A stretch of DNA of 64,000 nt, taken from contig OZ243961.1 in assembly GCA_965214605.1 (NCBI GenBank), positions 3,136,001-3,200,000 of the forward strand. Reading direction: 5' to 3'. How positions within the stretch are numbered: position 1 is the stretch's first letter; each line of letters opens with the position of its first letter. The stretch is from an uncultured Candidatus Binatia bacterium (GTDB lineage: Bacteria > Desulfobacterota > Binatia > Bin18). The position numbers and the translations under genes were made by a program. This document shows, piece by piece, positions 49,818-59,955 of the stretch. The notes under the pieces are model-generated. The model made no database searches. It saw only the letters and a program-made list of their open reading frames with translations, and had not been told where the DNA came from.

Positions 49818-51677
49818 ATGGCAACGAACCCTGCAGAGGCTCCGCTGGAAAAACCTGTCCAAGAGTTGGACAGTGTGGTTATCCGCTTTGCTGGAGACTC
49901 TGGCGACGGTATGCAGCTCACGGGGAACCAATTTACAACGGAATCTGTCTTTGCCGGCAACGATATTGGCACCCTGCCGGACTTTCCGGCCGAGATTCGG
50001 GCGCCGACCGGAACGCTGTACGGTGTAAGTGCCTTTCAGGTCAACTTCAGCAACGACACGGTCTACACCCCGGGTGACGATCTCGACGCCCTCGTGGCCA
50101 TGAATCCGGCCGCCTTAAAGACCAATCTCGGCGATCTCAAGCCAAACGGTCTTGTTATTGTCAACACGGCCGAATTCAGCCCGGCCAATCTCAGAAAAGC
50201 CCAGTATAAGACGAGTCCGCTGGAGGACAACTCGCTTGACAAGTACCAAGTGTACCAAGTCGATGTGACCAAAATGACGACCGAGGCCCTCAAAAGTCTC
50301 AAGCTGCCGAACCGCACCGTCATGCGCTGTCGGAACTTCTTTGCGCTAGGCGTGGTTTCCTGGCTGTTCAACCGTCCCATTGAGCCCACTCTGGAGTGGA
50401 TTCAGAACCGGTTCAAGAGAACGCCTGAAATCGTTGAGGCCAATAGGCTCGCGCTCAAGGGAGGCTATAATCTGGCCGAGAATACCGAGCTGTTTGCCTC
50501 TTCGTACGAGATCAAGCCGGCCCAGATCAAGCCCGGCACCTATCGGAGTATCACCGGCAATACCGCAACCGCGATTGGTTTTGTGGCGGCGGCCAATAAA
50601 GCCGGCCTGCCGCTCTTTCTGGGCAGTTATCCGATTACCCCGGCCAGTGACGTGCTGCACGATTTAGCCGAACTCAAAAACTATAATGTCTACACTTTCC
50701 AGGCCGAAGACGAGATCGCCGGGGTTGGTTCAGCCCTGGGAGCCGCCTTTGGCGGTGCGGTCGCCGTGACCACCACGGCCGGTCCGGGGATGAACCTCAA
50801 GGCAGAAACCGTTGCCCTAGCGGCTTCGGTCGAACTGCCGCTCATTATTACCGATATTCAGCGCGCTGGTCCAAGTACGGGCATGCCGACCAAGCCCGAG
50901 CAGGCCGATCTGTTACAGTCTGTCTATGGCCGCCACGGTGAGTCACCGGTTCCGGTGATTGCCGCCGCCACCCCGGCCGACTGCTTTGAGGCGGCCTATG
51001 AGGCGGTCCGCCTGGCGGTGAAATACATGACTCCGGTGATTCTGTTGACCGACGGCTTTCTGGCCAATGCCGCAGAACCGTGGCTGTTACCCCGCTTTGC
51101 CGATCTGCCCGACATCAAGGTCGAATTCCGGACCGACCCCAAGGGTTTCTTCCCTTACTTACGCGATGAGGAAACCCTGGCTCGACCCTGGGTACGCCCG
51201 GGTACGCCGGGACTTGAGCACCGCATCGGCGGTCTTGAGAAAGACTACCTGACCGGCAACATCAGCTATGCCCCGGCCAATCACGAACAGATGGCACGAG
51301 TCCGGATCCGCAAGCTCAATCTGATGACTCAAGATATTCCTCCGACCAAAATTGAGGGAGCGGACAGCGGTCGGCTGTTGGTCGTTGGCTGGGGGAGCAC
51401 CTATGGCTCACTTGCGGAAGCGGTCAAAAAGGCCCAGGCCAAAGGGCAGAGCGTCTCGCACGTGCATCTGCGCCACCTGAATCCGTTGCCAGCCGACCTC
51501 GGTGATATTCTGGGCCGGTTTGAAAAGGTGCTCGTACCAGAAATGAATCTCGGCCAGTTGGTGCGTTTACTCCGGGCGGAATATCTGATCGACGCCATCG
51601 GTCTGAACAAGCTCCAGGGGCGGCCCTTTAAGGTCTCCGAAATCTATACCCGCATCGACCGTATGCTAGAGGAGTAA
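49818..51677 (+). CDS. korA: 2-oxoacid:ferredoxin oxidoreductase alpha subunit
   Basis: AGDSGDGMQLTG, YPITPAS, QAEDEIA, QRAGPSTGMPTK. RBS GAGGAGG. Confidence 0.93.
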   Translation: MATNPAEAPLEKPVQELDSVVIRFAGDSGDGMQLTGNQFTTESVFAGNDIGTLPDFPAEIRAPTGTLYGVSAFQVNFSNDTVYTPGDDLDALVAMNPAALKTNLGDLKPNGLVIVNTAEFSPANLRKAQYKTSPLEDNSLDKYQVYQVDVTKMTTEALKSLKLPNRTVMRCRNFFALGVVSWLFNRPIEPTLEWIQNRFKRTPEIVEANRLALKGGYNLAENTELFASSYEIKPAQIKPGTYRSITGNTATAIGFVAAANKAGLPLFLGSYPITPASDVLHDLAELKNYNVYTFQAEDEIAGVGSALGAAFGGAVAVTTTAGPGMNLKAETVALAASVELPLIITDIQRAGPSTGMPTKPEQADLLQSVYGRHGESPVPVIAAATPADCFEAAYEAVRLAVKYMTPVILLTDGFLANAAEPWLLPRFADLPDIKVEFRTDPKGFFPYLRDEETLARPWVRPGTPGLEHRIGGLEKDYLTGNISYAPANHEQMARVRIRKLNLMTQDIPPTKIEGADSGRLLVVGWGSTYGSLAEAVKKAQAKGQSVSHVHLRHLNPLPADLGDILGRFEKVLVPEMNLGQLVRLLRAEYLIDAIGLNKLQGRPFKVSEIYTRIDRMLEE

Positions 51678-51682
51678 GGCTC

Positions 51683-52696
51683 ATGAGTGCAGAGGTGACG
51701 GCAAAACTGACTCGTAAAGATTTTGTTTCTGATCAGGACGTCCGCTGGTGCCCGGGCTGCGGTGACTACGCTATTCTGGCCCAGGTCCAGAAAATTTTTC
51801 CTGATCTCGGTATTCCCAAGGAAAAGGCGGTGTTCATCTCCGGGATTGGCTGTTCCAGCCGTTTTCCCTACTACATGAACACCTATGGTTTCCACACCAT
51901 CCATGGCCGCGCTCCGGCTATTGCCACCGGTCTCAAAATCTCGCGTCCAGATTTACATATCTGGCTGGTGACCGGAGACGGGGATGGACTGAGCATTGGC
52001 GGCAACCATCTCATCCACGCCCTGCGACGCAATGTTGAGCTGAAGATCATGCTGTTCAACAACCGCATTTATGGGCTGACCAAGGGCCAGTATTCCCCAA
52101 CCTCAGAGCTCGGGAAGGTCGCCAAATCGACGCCAATGGGTTCGGCTGACTATCCGATCAACCCGATGAGTTTAGCACTCGGGGCCGAGGCGACCTTTGT
52201 CGCCCGCTCTATCGACGTTGAGGCCAAACATCAGCAGGCCACGCTCACCCGGGCCGCGGCCCACAAGGGCGGAGCTTTTATTGAGATTCTCCAGAACTGC
52301 AATGTGTATAACGACGGTGCCTGGGATTCTCTGACCGATAAGGCTAGCAAAGCGGATACCCAGCTGTTGCTCGAACACGGCCAGCCGATGATTTTCGGCA
52401 AAAACAAGGACCGTGGGATTCGGCTCAACGGCCTCGCTCCCGAGGTCGTGCAGTTGGGCAACGGGCTGAGCGTTGATGATCTGCTCGTGCACGACGAGCA
52501 CGATCAGACCCTGGCCTTTCTGCTGAGCCGGATGATGCCGCCCAATCTGCCGACCCCACTCGGCGTGCTGTATTCAACCGAGCGGCAGACGATTGAGGCA
52601 TTGATGGCCAATCAGCTCGAAGACGCGGTGGCCAAGCAGGGCCAGGGAGAGGTTGACGCGTTACTGAACCGGGGCGATGTGTGGACGGTAGAATAG
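51683..52696 (+). CDS. korB: 2-oxoacid:ferredoxin oxidoreductase beta subunit
   Basis: WCPGCGD, SGIGCSSR, GDGDG..IGGNH, YGLTKGQYSPT. Confidence 0.93.
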   Translation: MSAEVTAKLTRKDFVSDQDVRWCPGCGDYAILAQVQKIFPDLGIPKEKAVFISGIGCSSRFPYYMNTYGFHTIHGRAPAIATGLKISRPDLHIWLVTGDGDGLSIGGNHLIHALRRNVELKIMLFNNRIYGLTKGQYSPTSELGKVAKSTPMGSADYPINPMSLALGAEATFVARSIDVEAKHQQATLTRAAAHKGGAFIEILQNCNVYNDGAWDSLTDKASKADTQLLLEHGQPMIFGKNKDRGIRLNGLAPEVVQLGNGLSVDDLLVHDEHDQTLAFLLSRMMPPNLPTPLGVLYSTERQTIEALMANQLEDAVAKQGQGEVDALLNRGDVWTVE

Positions 52697-52739
52697 CCCC
52701 CGGTCTCGCCTAGGCCCGTGCCCCTCAGGCAGGTGTAGT

Positions 52740-53039
52740 ATGCCTGTTCCGCTTCGTATTGTCTGTCCCCAGTGCGGACACCGCCTGTACCGCAAACGTG
52801 CGGGACGCTGTACCGCGTGTGGAGCACCGGTCAGCGCCCACGTCGAAGCCGTTCGCAAACGCGAAGAACGCCTTGAGAAAATCCTTGCCCTGATCGGAAC
52901 CGGGCTGGTGCTCGGGGTGTTTCTGCTGTCGGGAGGGATTGGTCTGTTGGAGGGGCTGGCCATGTATGCCCTGGCCGGTGCCGCTCTGTTCTATGCCGCC
53001 AAAAAAACCTTTGCCCCCAATCGCCCGTCTAAGGACTAG
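52740..53039 (+). CDS. Small zinc-ribbon membrane protein
   Basis: CPQC..CTAC followed by two hydrophobic helices. Confidence 0.6.
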   Translation: MPVPLRIVCPQCGHRLYRKRAGRCTACGAPVSAHVEAVRKREERLEKILALIGTGLVLGVFLLSGGIGLLEGLAMYALAGAALFYAAKKTFAPNRPSKD

Positions 53040-53043
53040 CCGT

Positions 53044-53397
53044 ATGACTGCAAAAGAACTGCTCCGCATGAATGCCCCCAAGTTACGCGAAGAAGCGCTC
53101 AAAATCCCCAACATCGTCGGGGTCACGGCCATGAAAAAAGAGGCGCTGATCAAGCTGTTGGCCAAAGAGCACGGCATAGCCTTGGCAATAAAGACCCCGA
53201 GCGCTGAGAGAGCGGATATCAAGCAGCGCCTTGTGAGTCTGAAGCTCAGCCGTGACGAGGCGATTGAGCGCAAAGCCTACGACGAACTCCACCGCATCCG
53301 GCGCAGAATTCGGGCCCTGAAGCGCCGTCTGCGTGCGTTTGCCAAGGCGGCCAAGACGCCGCAGCCGCTCGGGACCCAGGAAGAAGCGAGCGCGTAG
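53044..53397 (+). CDS. Basic protein with Rho-N-terminal-like domain and coiled coil
   Basis: LLRMNAPKLREEA...GVTAMKKEALI (Rho_N-like) and an Arg/Lys-rich helix. Confidence 0.65.
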   Translation: MTAKELLRMNAPKLREEALKIPNIVGVTAMKKEALIKLLAKEHGIALAIKTPSAERADIKQRLVSLKLSRDEAIERKAYDELHRIRRRIRALKRRLRAFAKAAKTPQPLGTQEEASA

Positions 53398-53472
53398 GCC
53401 ACAGCGCAGAGAGCGTCGGCCGAATAGGCAAGGTCGCGGGTCCATCTTTTTCCTAGGTTAAGGATCAGAGGT

Positions 53473-54945
53473 ATGAATATTCGCGTACAGTCACAGGCCA
53501 TTACCAAACTGAAGAGCGACGTGCTCGTTGTCCCGCTTGCCGAGGGCGCAACCGAGAAAACCGTACAAGCGCTCGACGACGTCCTCGGAGGCGCCCTCGA
53601 AGCGCACCTCACCCACACCGGTTTTACGGGCAAGTCGGGTCAGACCGTGATCTTCCCAACCCAACAGCGTCTCCCGAGCAACTCCCTGCTGTTGCTCGGT
53701 TTGGGAAAAGAGGGAGCAGACGCGGAAACTTGGCGGCGCAATGCGGCAAAAGCCCACAAAGAGGCCAAGGGCCAACAGGCAAAGCACCTGGCCTGGTTTT
53801 TTGCCGACCCACAGTCGGAGGCCGAGTTGGCCGCGGTTGTCGAGGGCACTCTGCTGTCGGCCTATACCTTTGACAAGTATAAATCGGACCGGGACCCTAG
53901 CCAGCCGCGTGTTGACACCCTGAGTTTAAATAGACCGGGGCTGCGCAAGACAGCTGCGCTCAGCAGCGCGCTTGAGGCTGCCCAAAAAACCGCGCCTGGG
54001 GTGTGTTTGGCGCGAGATCTCATCAACGAGCCGGCCTCTGTCTCAACCCCGTCGTATCTGGCCGAACAGGCGACAAAAATCGCTCGCGACGGCGGGCTTA
54101 AGGCCGAAATTTTTGGGGTCAACAAAATAAAAACGGCCAAAATGGCCGGTGTTTTGGCCGTGGCCAAGGGGAGTGTTGAAGAGCCGCGCTTTATTAAGCT
54201 GAGCTACACCCCCAAGGGCAAGCCCAAGAAAAAAATCGCCCTGGTTGGAAAAGGGCTGACCTTTGACTCCGGTGGATTGTCGCTGAAGCCGCCAAAATCA
54301 ATGGAGACGATGAAATTAGATATGTCGGGCGGGGCGACCGTGTTGGGCGTCATGCAGGTCATTGCCGAACTCAGGCCCAAGGTCCAGGTCACGGCCTATG
54401 TGCCGTCAACGGAAAACATGCCGAGCGGCACGGCTCAGAAACCGGGCGATATCATTACCTATAAAAACGGTAAAACGGTCGAAGTCCTCAATACGGATGC
54501 CGAAGGACGCCTAATTCTGGCCGACGCCTTGATCCGGGCGGTTGAAGACAAGGCCGATGTCATTATTGATCTGGCGACCCTAACCGGAGCCTGCGTGGTC
54601 GCGCTCGGCTCGCAGGTGGCGGGCATGTTCTGCAATGACCAGGAGTTGTCCGAGGCGCTGATGGAGTGTGGCAAACAGTCTGGCGAGGCGTTCTGGCCGC
54701 TCCCGCTGGTCAAAGACTATAAAGACGATATCAAAAGCTCGGTTGCCGATATTAAGAATATTGGTGGCGGCTCTGGCGGAGCGATTGCCGGCGCCTTATT
54801 TCTTGAAGAGTTTGTCGGCGATACTCCCTGGGCACATCTTGACATTGCCGGCCCGGCTTTTGCCGATCGTCAGTTGCCGTACAGCCCACGGGGGGGAACC
54901 GGCTTTGGGGTGCGGACGCTTGTGCGCTATGTGACGAGTTTTTAG
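53473..54945 (+). CDS. pepA: Leucyl aminopeptidase (M17)
   Basis: VGKGLTFDSGG, MKLDMSG, NTDAEGRL, WAHLDIAG. Confidence 0.95.
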   Translation: MNIRVQSQAITKLKSDVLVVPLAEGATEKTVQALDDVLGGALEAHLTHTGFTGKSGQTVIFPTQQRLPSNSLLLLGLGKEGADAETWRRNAAKAHKEAKGQQAKHLAWFFADPQSEAELAAVVEGTLLSAYTFDKYKSDRDPSQPRVDTLSLNRPGLRKTAALSSALEAAQKTAPGVCLARDLINEPASVSTPSYLAEQATKIARDGGLKAEIFGVNKIKTAKMAGVLAVAKGSVEEPRFIKLSYTPKGKPKKKIALVGKGLTFDSGGLSLKPPKSMETMKLDMSGGATVLGVMQVIAELRPKVQVTAYVPSTENMPSGTAQKPGDIITYKNGKTVEVLNTDAEGRLILADALIRAVEDKADVIIDLATLTGACVVALGSQVAGMFCNDQELSEALMECGKQSGEAFWPLPLVKDYKDDIKSSVADIKNIGGGSGGAIAGALFLEEFVGDTPWAHLDIAGPAFADRQLPYSPRGGTGFGVRTLVRYVTSF

Positions 54946-54983
54946 CCGAGTAGGGGCGACGGCGAAGTCTGCTCTCTGTGTGT

Positions 54984-55667
54984 ATGCCCAGCTTTGCCCG
55001 GCTCCAACGGGAAATTATCGGCTGCTCACGCTGTCCGCGGCTGGTACGCTATCTTGAGCGGGTCTCCCGCGACAAGGTCAAACGCTATCGGGACTGGACC
55101 TACTGGGGAAAACCGGTCCCCAGCTTTGGGGACCCCAAAGCCAAGCTCTTGATCGTTGGCTTGGCTCCTGCCGCCCACGGTGGGAATCGAACCGGACGGG
55201 CGTTTACCGGCGACCGCAGCGGAGACTGGCTATACGGGGCTCTCCACGCGGCCGGATTTGCCAACCAACCGACCTCAAGCCATCGGGGCGACGGTCTTAC
55301 CCTCCACAACTGTTGCGTGACCTCGGCCGTGCACTGTGCCCCACCGGATAATAAACCCCTGCGCGAAGAATTTCTGGCCTGTCGGCCGTATCTGGTCCAA
55401 GAGCTCCAACTGCTCAAACAAGTCCGGGTGGTCGTTGCCCTTGGCCACATCGCTTTTCAGGCCTATCTGAGCGCTCGCCGCGAACTCGCTCTCTACGTGC
55501 CTTCTCCCAAGCCCCGCTTTGGCCACGGCGTGCGCTATGAGCTGGATGGAATTACGTTGATCGGCTCCTATCACCCCAGTCAGCAGAACACGTTTACCGG
55601 ACGGCTGACTAAGGCCATGTTTGAGGCCGTCTTTCAGCAGGCACGCCGACTCGTTGACCAGAGCTGA
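54984..55667 (+). CDS. Uracil-DNA glycosylase family 5 (UdgB-like)
   Basis: CSRCPRL, GLAPAAHGGNRTGRAFTGD, CAPPDNKP, YHPSQQNT. Confidence 0.92.
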   Translation: MPSFARLQREIIGCSRCPRLVRYLERVSRDKVKRYRDWTYWGKPVPSFGDPKAKLLIVGLAPAAHGGNRTGRAFTGDRSGDWLYGALHAAGFANQPTSSHRGDGLTLHNCCVTSAVHCAPPDNKPLREEFLACRPYLVQELQLLKQVRVVVALGHIAFQAYLSARRELALYVPSPKPRFGHGVRYELDGITLIGSYHPSQQNTFTGRLTKAMFEAVFQQARRLVDQS

Positions 55668-55722
55668 GGGCGGTCTCGGGCGGCGCCCGGTGCCAGCGAC
55701 CAAACCGGGTCCCCGGGGAAGC

Positions 55723-56538
55723 TTAGGGAAAAATCGCGTTAATCACCTCATCAATGGCCCGCTGCGAGTCCACGTCATCGGTCAGCGAGCGCGACACCGC
55801 CACCGAACACGCCCGCCGGGCCGAGACCCCTTGGCGCATCAGGTGTCCGGCGTAGATGAGCAGACGCGTGCTCACCCCCTCTTCCAGACCACTCGCTTTG
55901 AGGTGGCGCACTTTCTCTCCGAGACGGGCCAAATCAAGGGCGGTTTCAAGCTCCAAGCTGCTCTCATGGGCAACCACCTCGGCCTCTTTATCGCGCGGCG
56001 GATAGGTGAACTCAATGGTCACAAAGCGTTGACGGGTTGAGTGCTTGAGGTCTTTGAGAATGCTCTGGTAGCCGGGGTTGTAGGAGATGACCAGCAGAAA
56101 ATCCGAGTGTGCCTGTTGAATTTCGCCCTTTTTATCAATCGGCAGAATGCGACGGTGATCGGTCAGCGGGTGGATCAAGACGATCGTATCTTTGCGGGCT
56201 TCCACAATCTCGTCCAGATAACACACCGTACCAAGCCGCACGGCCTGGGTCAGCGGCCCGTCAATCCAGACGGTTTCGTCGCCCTGAATGAGATAGCGGC
56301 CAACGAGATCGCTGCCGGTCAAATCTTCGTGGCAGGCGACGGTGATGAGATTGCCCGGCACCTCTTCTTTTTCTTCCCGCATCAACATGTGGGCCATATA
56401 CTCGACAAAGCGCGTCTTCCCGCAACCGGTCGGGCCTTTGAGCAGGACGGGGAGACGGCACTCGTACGCCGCCCGAAAGATTTCAACCTCATCGCCAATA
56501 GGGAGATAGAATGGAGCCTGTTCGTTGGTGTCCGTCAT
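55723..56538 (-). CDS. CbbQ/NirQ/NorQ family AAA+ ATPase
   Basis: [47 protein letters not shown]. Confidence 0.92.
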   Translation of the reverse strand: MTDTNEQAPFYLPIGDEVEIFRAAYECRLPVLLKGPTGCGKTRFVEYMAHMLMREEKEEVPGNLITVACHEDLTGSDLVGRYLIQGDETVWIDGPLTQAVRLGTVCYLDEIVEARKDTIVLIHPLTDHRRILPIDKKGEIQQAHSDFLLVISYNPGYQSILKDLKHSTRQRFVTIEFTYPPRDKEAEVVAHESSLELETALDLARLGEKVRHLKASGLEEGVSTRLLIYAGHLMRQGVSARRACSVAVSRSLTDDVDSQRAIDEVINAIFP

Positions 56539-57692
56539 GATGTTTCCGTTTGCAGTGTTTCCATGACACTGCGGGTCTCAGCGTCAATCAGTTCCACAGT
56601 GACGCTGTCGTCAATATTATTGCTCTTCTTGGCCAGCCCAATTTGGATCCGCAGCTTGGCCAGAAAACGGTCCCGCACATCCGGGGGCATCCCCTGGAGC
56701 GGAAAATTCTGTAAATAAATTTTGGCCCCAGCCGGAGCCGCCCACTCGATCCGGGCAACCTTTGGCCCCATAATATCGTGCGAGTGAAAGAGCTGTTCGA
56801 CCGCGTGTTGAAACGCCGTACGTGGTTGGGGCTGAGAGGGGGCACCGCCGATCAGTTGGGCCAAGACATGATCCACCCGAGCCTGGATCTGTTCGTCATT
56901 GGTCAAGGATCTGGCCCGCTCAAGGCTTTTGCGGGCCTGCTCCAAATCGGCCTTTTCTCGGTAGGCAATGCCTAGGTTAAAATGCGCCTGGAAGAAGTTC
57001 GGGTTGTTGGCAATAACCGTCCGATATTCGGCAATGGCTCGGTCAACCTGATCTGTATACAGGTACATTGTCCCTAGATCGGTGCGTACATTTTTGTCGT
57101 TCGGCCGGATAGCTAGGTAGCGCTCGTAGTGGTCTATGGCCTTGGTATGCTCCTCAAAGTCGTAATATACGTTGCCGATGCCGCGTAGCGCGTCCGGATC
57201 ATTGGGGAGCAGCTTAAGAACGTGTTGATATGAGGACAGGGCTGCGCTTCGATAACTGGCCTCGAGCTGGGAAGCCCGAAATTGGACTTCGGCCAAGCGG
57301 CGCCACGTCTCGGCAGAGTCAGGCCTAGCGTTGGCCTCGGAGACAAGGGTCACAATACGTTGTTTGACGTCGCTGGGAATAGTGATGGGCGGATGGTCTT
57401 GGGGGAGCGCCTGCGAGCCGCCCGAGCTAGCCGGGCCGCCGGCCGCGGCAACAATGGGGAAGGGCTGCGAGCGAAGCACAAAAATCCACAGGCCAACACC
57501 AATAGCTAAGTACAGAGACAGGACGACGAGCCCAGCGGTCAGGGAGTGGCGGGACGCCGAAGACACCGGCGCAGGCCGTTTACCCGCCTTCGCGGTCGGG
57601 GTCTTTTTGCCGCCCGACAGTGCCGCGCCGCACTCGGTACAAAAACGGGCCTGAGGAACAGTTTGTACACCACATTGGGGACAGAAACGCAT
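56535..57692 (-). CDS. Zinc-ribbon + transmembrane + TPR protein
   Basis: FCPQCG..FCTECG, one TM helix, LPQDHPPI motif, ~4 TPRs. ATGA overlap with the ATPase gene. Confidence 0.85.
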   Translation of the reverse strand: MRFCPQCGVQTVPQARFCTECGAALSGGKKTPTAKAGKRPAPVSSASRHSLTAGLVVLSLYLAIGVGLWIFVLRSQPFPIVAAAGGPASSGGSQALPQDHPPITIPSDVKQRIVTLVSEANARPDSAETWRRLAEVQFRASQLEASYRSAALSSYQHVLKLLPNDPDALRGIGNVYYDFEEHTKAIDHYERYLAIRPNDKNVRTDLGTMYLYTDQVDRAIAEYRTVIANNPNFFQAHFNLGIAYREKADLEQARKSLERARSLTNDEQIQARVDHVLAQLIGGAPSQPQPRTAFQHAVEQLFHSHDIMGPKVARIEWAAPAGAKIYLQNFPLQGMPPDVRDRFLAKLRIQIGLAKKSNNIDDSVTVELIDAETRSVMETLQTETS

Positions 57693-57713
57693 GCTGACAG
57701 CTCCCTATATAGC

Positions 57714-57752
57714 AGTGGGGAAGCGTGACCTTCAAGGTCACGCTTCCCCACT
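57714..57752. repeat. 39-bp palindrome in a divergent intergenic region
   Basis: AGTGGGGAAGCGTGACCTT-C-AAGGTCACGCTTCCCCACT (19-bp perfect arms). Confidence 0.9.
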
Positions 57753-57802
57753 CTCTATCAGGAATGGTCCGCAGCAGCTAGGTCCGGCTCAGTCTCCTAC
57801 CA

Positions 57803-57832
57803 TTGACAGCACCAAAGCCGGCTAGGTAAGGT
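57803..57832 (+). promoter_or_regulatory. Candidate sigma70 promoter
   Basis: TTGACA-18-TAAGGT upstream of RBS GGAGG. Confidence 0.45.
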
Positions 57833-57858
57833 GCTTCCGTTTTCCTCTGGAGGGGCGT

Positions 57859-59124
57859 ATGGCAAAAAAGGCCGATCCGCGCTTGGCCGTAGGCAAGAAG
57901 TTGATAGACGAATGGGGGATCACTCTGGCTCGCCTCCAGGACGGGAGTGTGTCGCTTGACGATCTGCACGAACGCCTGGGACAAGACTCTGGGGCTGACC
58001 TGGCTCTGGCCGCGCTGCTTGGAGATTATGCCGTCCCCGGGGCCGCCCAGCTCCTCCTTGATTGGGAAGCAAAAAGTCAGGCCGACAAGCCGGACAAAAA
58101 CCTGCGGCGGGCTATTCACCGCTCGCTGTATAAACTCTCACAAAAAGGCGTGTCGGTTGAGCGACCCGACCAAGAGCCGGGCAAATCAGTCTTGACCCCG
58201 ATTGAGCCAGAGGGCTATCTGTCGTCTATGGACGGCCATGGAGACCGCCTCGTATGGCTGGTCAAGCCGCGCATTGGTGGCGGACTCCACTATCTGTCGG
58301 CCCTCATCAACGAGCCGACCGGGATGCGCCGGATTGAGGCCACCGAAGTCAACCGCAAGGGTATCAAGCTGGCCCGTCAGGATCTCGCCCAGCGCTATCA
58401 AATTGCGCTCGTTGAAGCCCCTTGGCGCTACTGTGACTTTATCATGTCTGAGGGCTATGAGCGGGCCATGGCGGAAAAGGAGTCCAGCGGCCAGACCGAC
58501 CAGACTCGTCCGTCAGGACAGTCTATTAACGCCTATCCCGCCCTCCGTTCACACCTGCTCTCCGGCCCTGCTGAGGCTACCCCGGTGCCCCTACCCAACA
58601 GCCTTGATCCGGCCGCTATTGCCGCCGAGGAAAACTGGCTTACCACCTCAAGCCGGCTGTTCGAGGAGCAGACCCTCCAACGCTGGCTGCTCGACCAGGA
58701 TCAGGCCAAGCCGTATGTCGAGCAAATGACCCAGGCCCAGGCCAGTCCCCTCGTCCTGAACAAATACCAGCAGCAGGACCGGGCCCAGAGCATTATTAAC
58801 ACTGTCTTGGCCGATCTGTTTAGCGGCGAGAGCGCCCGCATCTATGCGCGACGCCTTGAAGAGACAGCGTTTCTTCTAGCCGCCCGCTCGCAGCTCGACA
58901 GCGCGAAACGCGCCCTGGCGGTCTCGCTGGCCCTGAAAAAAGACAATCCAAGCGGCAAAGGGGTCCCCTTCTGCGAGGAGTTGGTCCGTCAGAGCATCGC
59001 CGTGCACTATCAAGAAGAGCACCAACACGAGCAGGCAAGCGAGTCTGGTTCGCTGATCATGAAACCGGCCGAGTTTGCCGCTCGCATGCAGGCCGCGCGA
59101 CGGCAGCAAAGGCAAACGGGGTAA
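57859..59124 (+). CDS. Conserved hypothetical protein (helical/HEAT-like N-terminus)
   Basis: 421-aa ORF with RBS, K.LRRAIHRSLYKL, DGHGDR.VWL, RRLEETA. Confidence 0.75.
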   Translation: MAKKADPRLAVGKKLIDEWGITLARLQDGSVSLDDLHERLGQDSGADLALAALLGDYAVPGAAQLLLDWEAKSQADKPDKNLRRAIHRSLYKLSQKGVSVERPDQEPGKSVLTPIEPEGYLSSMDGHGDRLVWLVKPRIGGGLHYLSALINEPTGMRRIEATEVNRKGIKLARQDLAQRYQIALVEAPWRYCDFIMSEGYERAMAEKESSGQTDQTRPSGQSINAYPALRSHLLSGPAEATPVPLPNSLDPAAIAAEENWLTTSSRLFEEQTLQRWLLDQDQAKPYVEQMTQAQASPLVLNKYQQQDRAQSIINTVLADLFSGESARIYARRLEETAFLLAARSQLDSAKRALAVSLALKKDNPSGKGVPFCEELVRQSIAVHYQEEHQHEQASESGSLIMKPAEFAARMQAARRQQRQTG

Positions 59125-59253
59125 GAGTCTCGGAAAGACCTGACGTGTGAGACGGGTAACTCAGGCCTGAGTTGCAGGGTGGTGATAATTTCTGGTATCC
59201 CCAAGGAAAGGGGTGAACAGCTTTATAGAGATGAACCGTGAAGGGGGGAGACC

Positions 59254-59523
59254 ATGCCTCGCCCTACACCCGACGAGATTACGTTCTTGTCCGCCCTGCA
59301 TTCGGGGACGATTCTTTCCTGCCCGGAGTGCGGGATGGGTCTGTATATGCTGACCAAGAAAGTCCAACGAGGTGGACGATTTTTCGGCTCAGTCAAATCT
59401 TTAGCCGGCGTCCCTGCATACGCCGGAGGCGGGATGCCGAGGCGGTGTCCGCTGTGCAAACGTGGAGAATGGTGGTATCCACCGGGTACGGTGTACACCC
59501 TGCAGCATGGCTGGGTAGAGTGA
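59254..59523 (+). CDS. Small zinc-binding hypothetical protein
   Basis: CPEC...CPLC. RBS GGAG. Confidence 0.55.
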   Translation: MPRPTPDEITFLSALHSGTILSCPECGMGLYMLTKKVQRGGRFFGSVKSLAGVPAYAGGGMPRRCPLCKRGEWWYPPGTVYTLQHGWVE

Positions 59524-59539
59524 CAGAGAGGACTGAGTG

Positions 59540-59917
59540 ATGCTAACAGAGTCGTCCACGATCAAGGGTTATCACGTGCATGTGTATTTTGACCGCACCA
59601 CCCAGCCGGCGGCTGAGCGCGTGCGGGACGGGTTAGCCGAGCGCTTTGATATAGAGCTGGGCCGCCTCCACTTTAAGGCGGTCGGACCGCATCCGCAGTG
59701 GATGTATCAGGTGAAATTTGATCCCGACCAATTCGGCAAACTCGTGCCCTGGCTGATGCTGAACCACGAGGGATTAAATGTGTTGATTCATCCCCAGAGC
59801 GGCGATGATGTGGCCGACCATTCGGACAACGCCCTGTGGCTAGGCCGCCGGCTGAGACTAAAACTCGGCTTTATGAAAAAGATGGCGGCCAAGAAACGCG
59901 CTCAGGCCAAAGCCTAA
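59540..59917 (+). CDS. DOPA 4,5-dioxygenase family protein
   Basis: YHVHVYF, VGPHP, VPWLMLNH.GL.VLIHP, DH..NALWLG. Confidence 0.9.
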   Translation: MLTESSTIKGYHVHVYFDRTTQPAAERVRDGLAERFDIELGRLHFKAVGPHPQWMYQVKFDPDQFGKLVPWLMLNHEGLNVLIHPQSGDDVADHSDNALWLGRRLRLKLGFMKKMAAKKRAQAKA

Positions 59918-59955
59918 AGAAGCGGTCTACCACCGCTTGTCCTGCCTGATTCTCC

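Noticed and set aside
55723-56538. Evidence for denitrification or a Calvin cycle
   Set aside because: No norBC/norD or rbcL/cbbO in the window, and the ATPase alone is not diagnostic.
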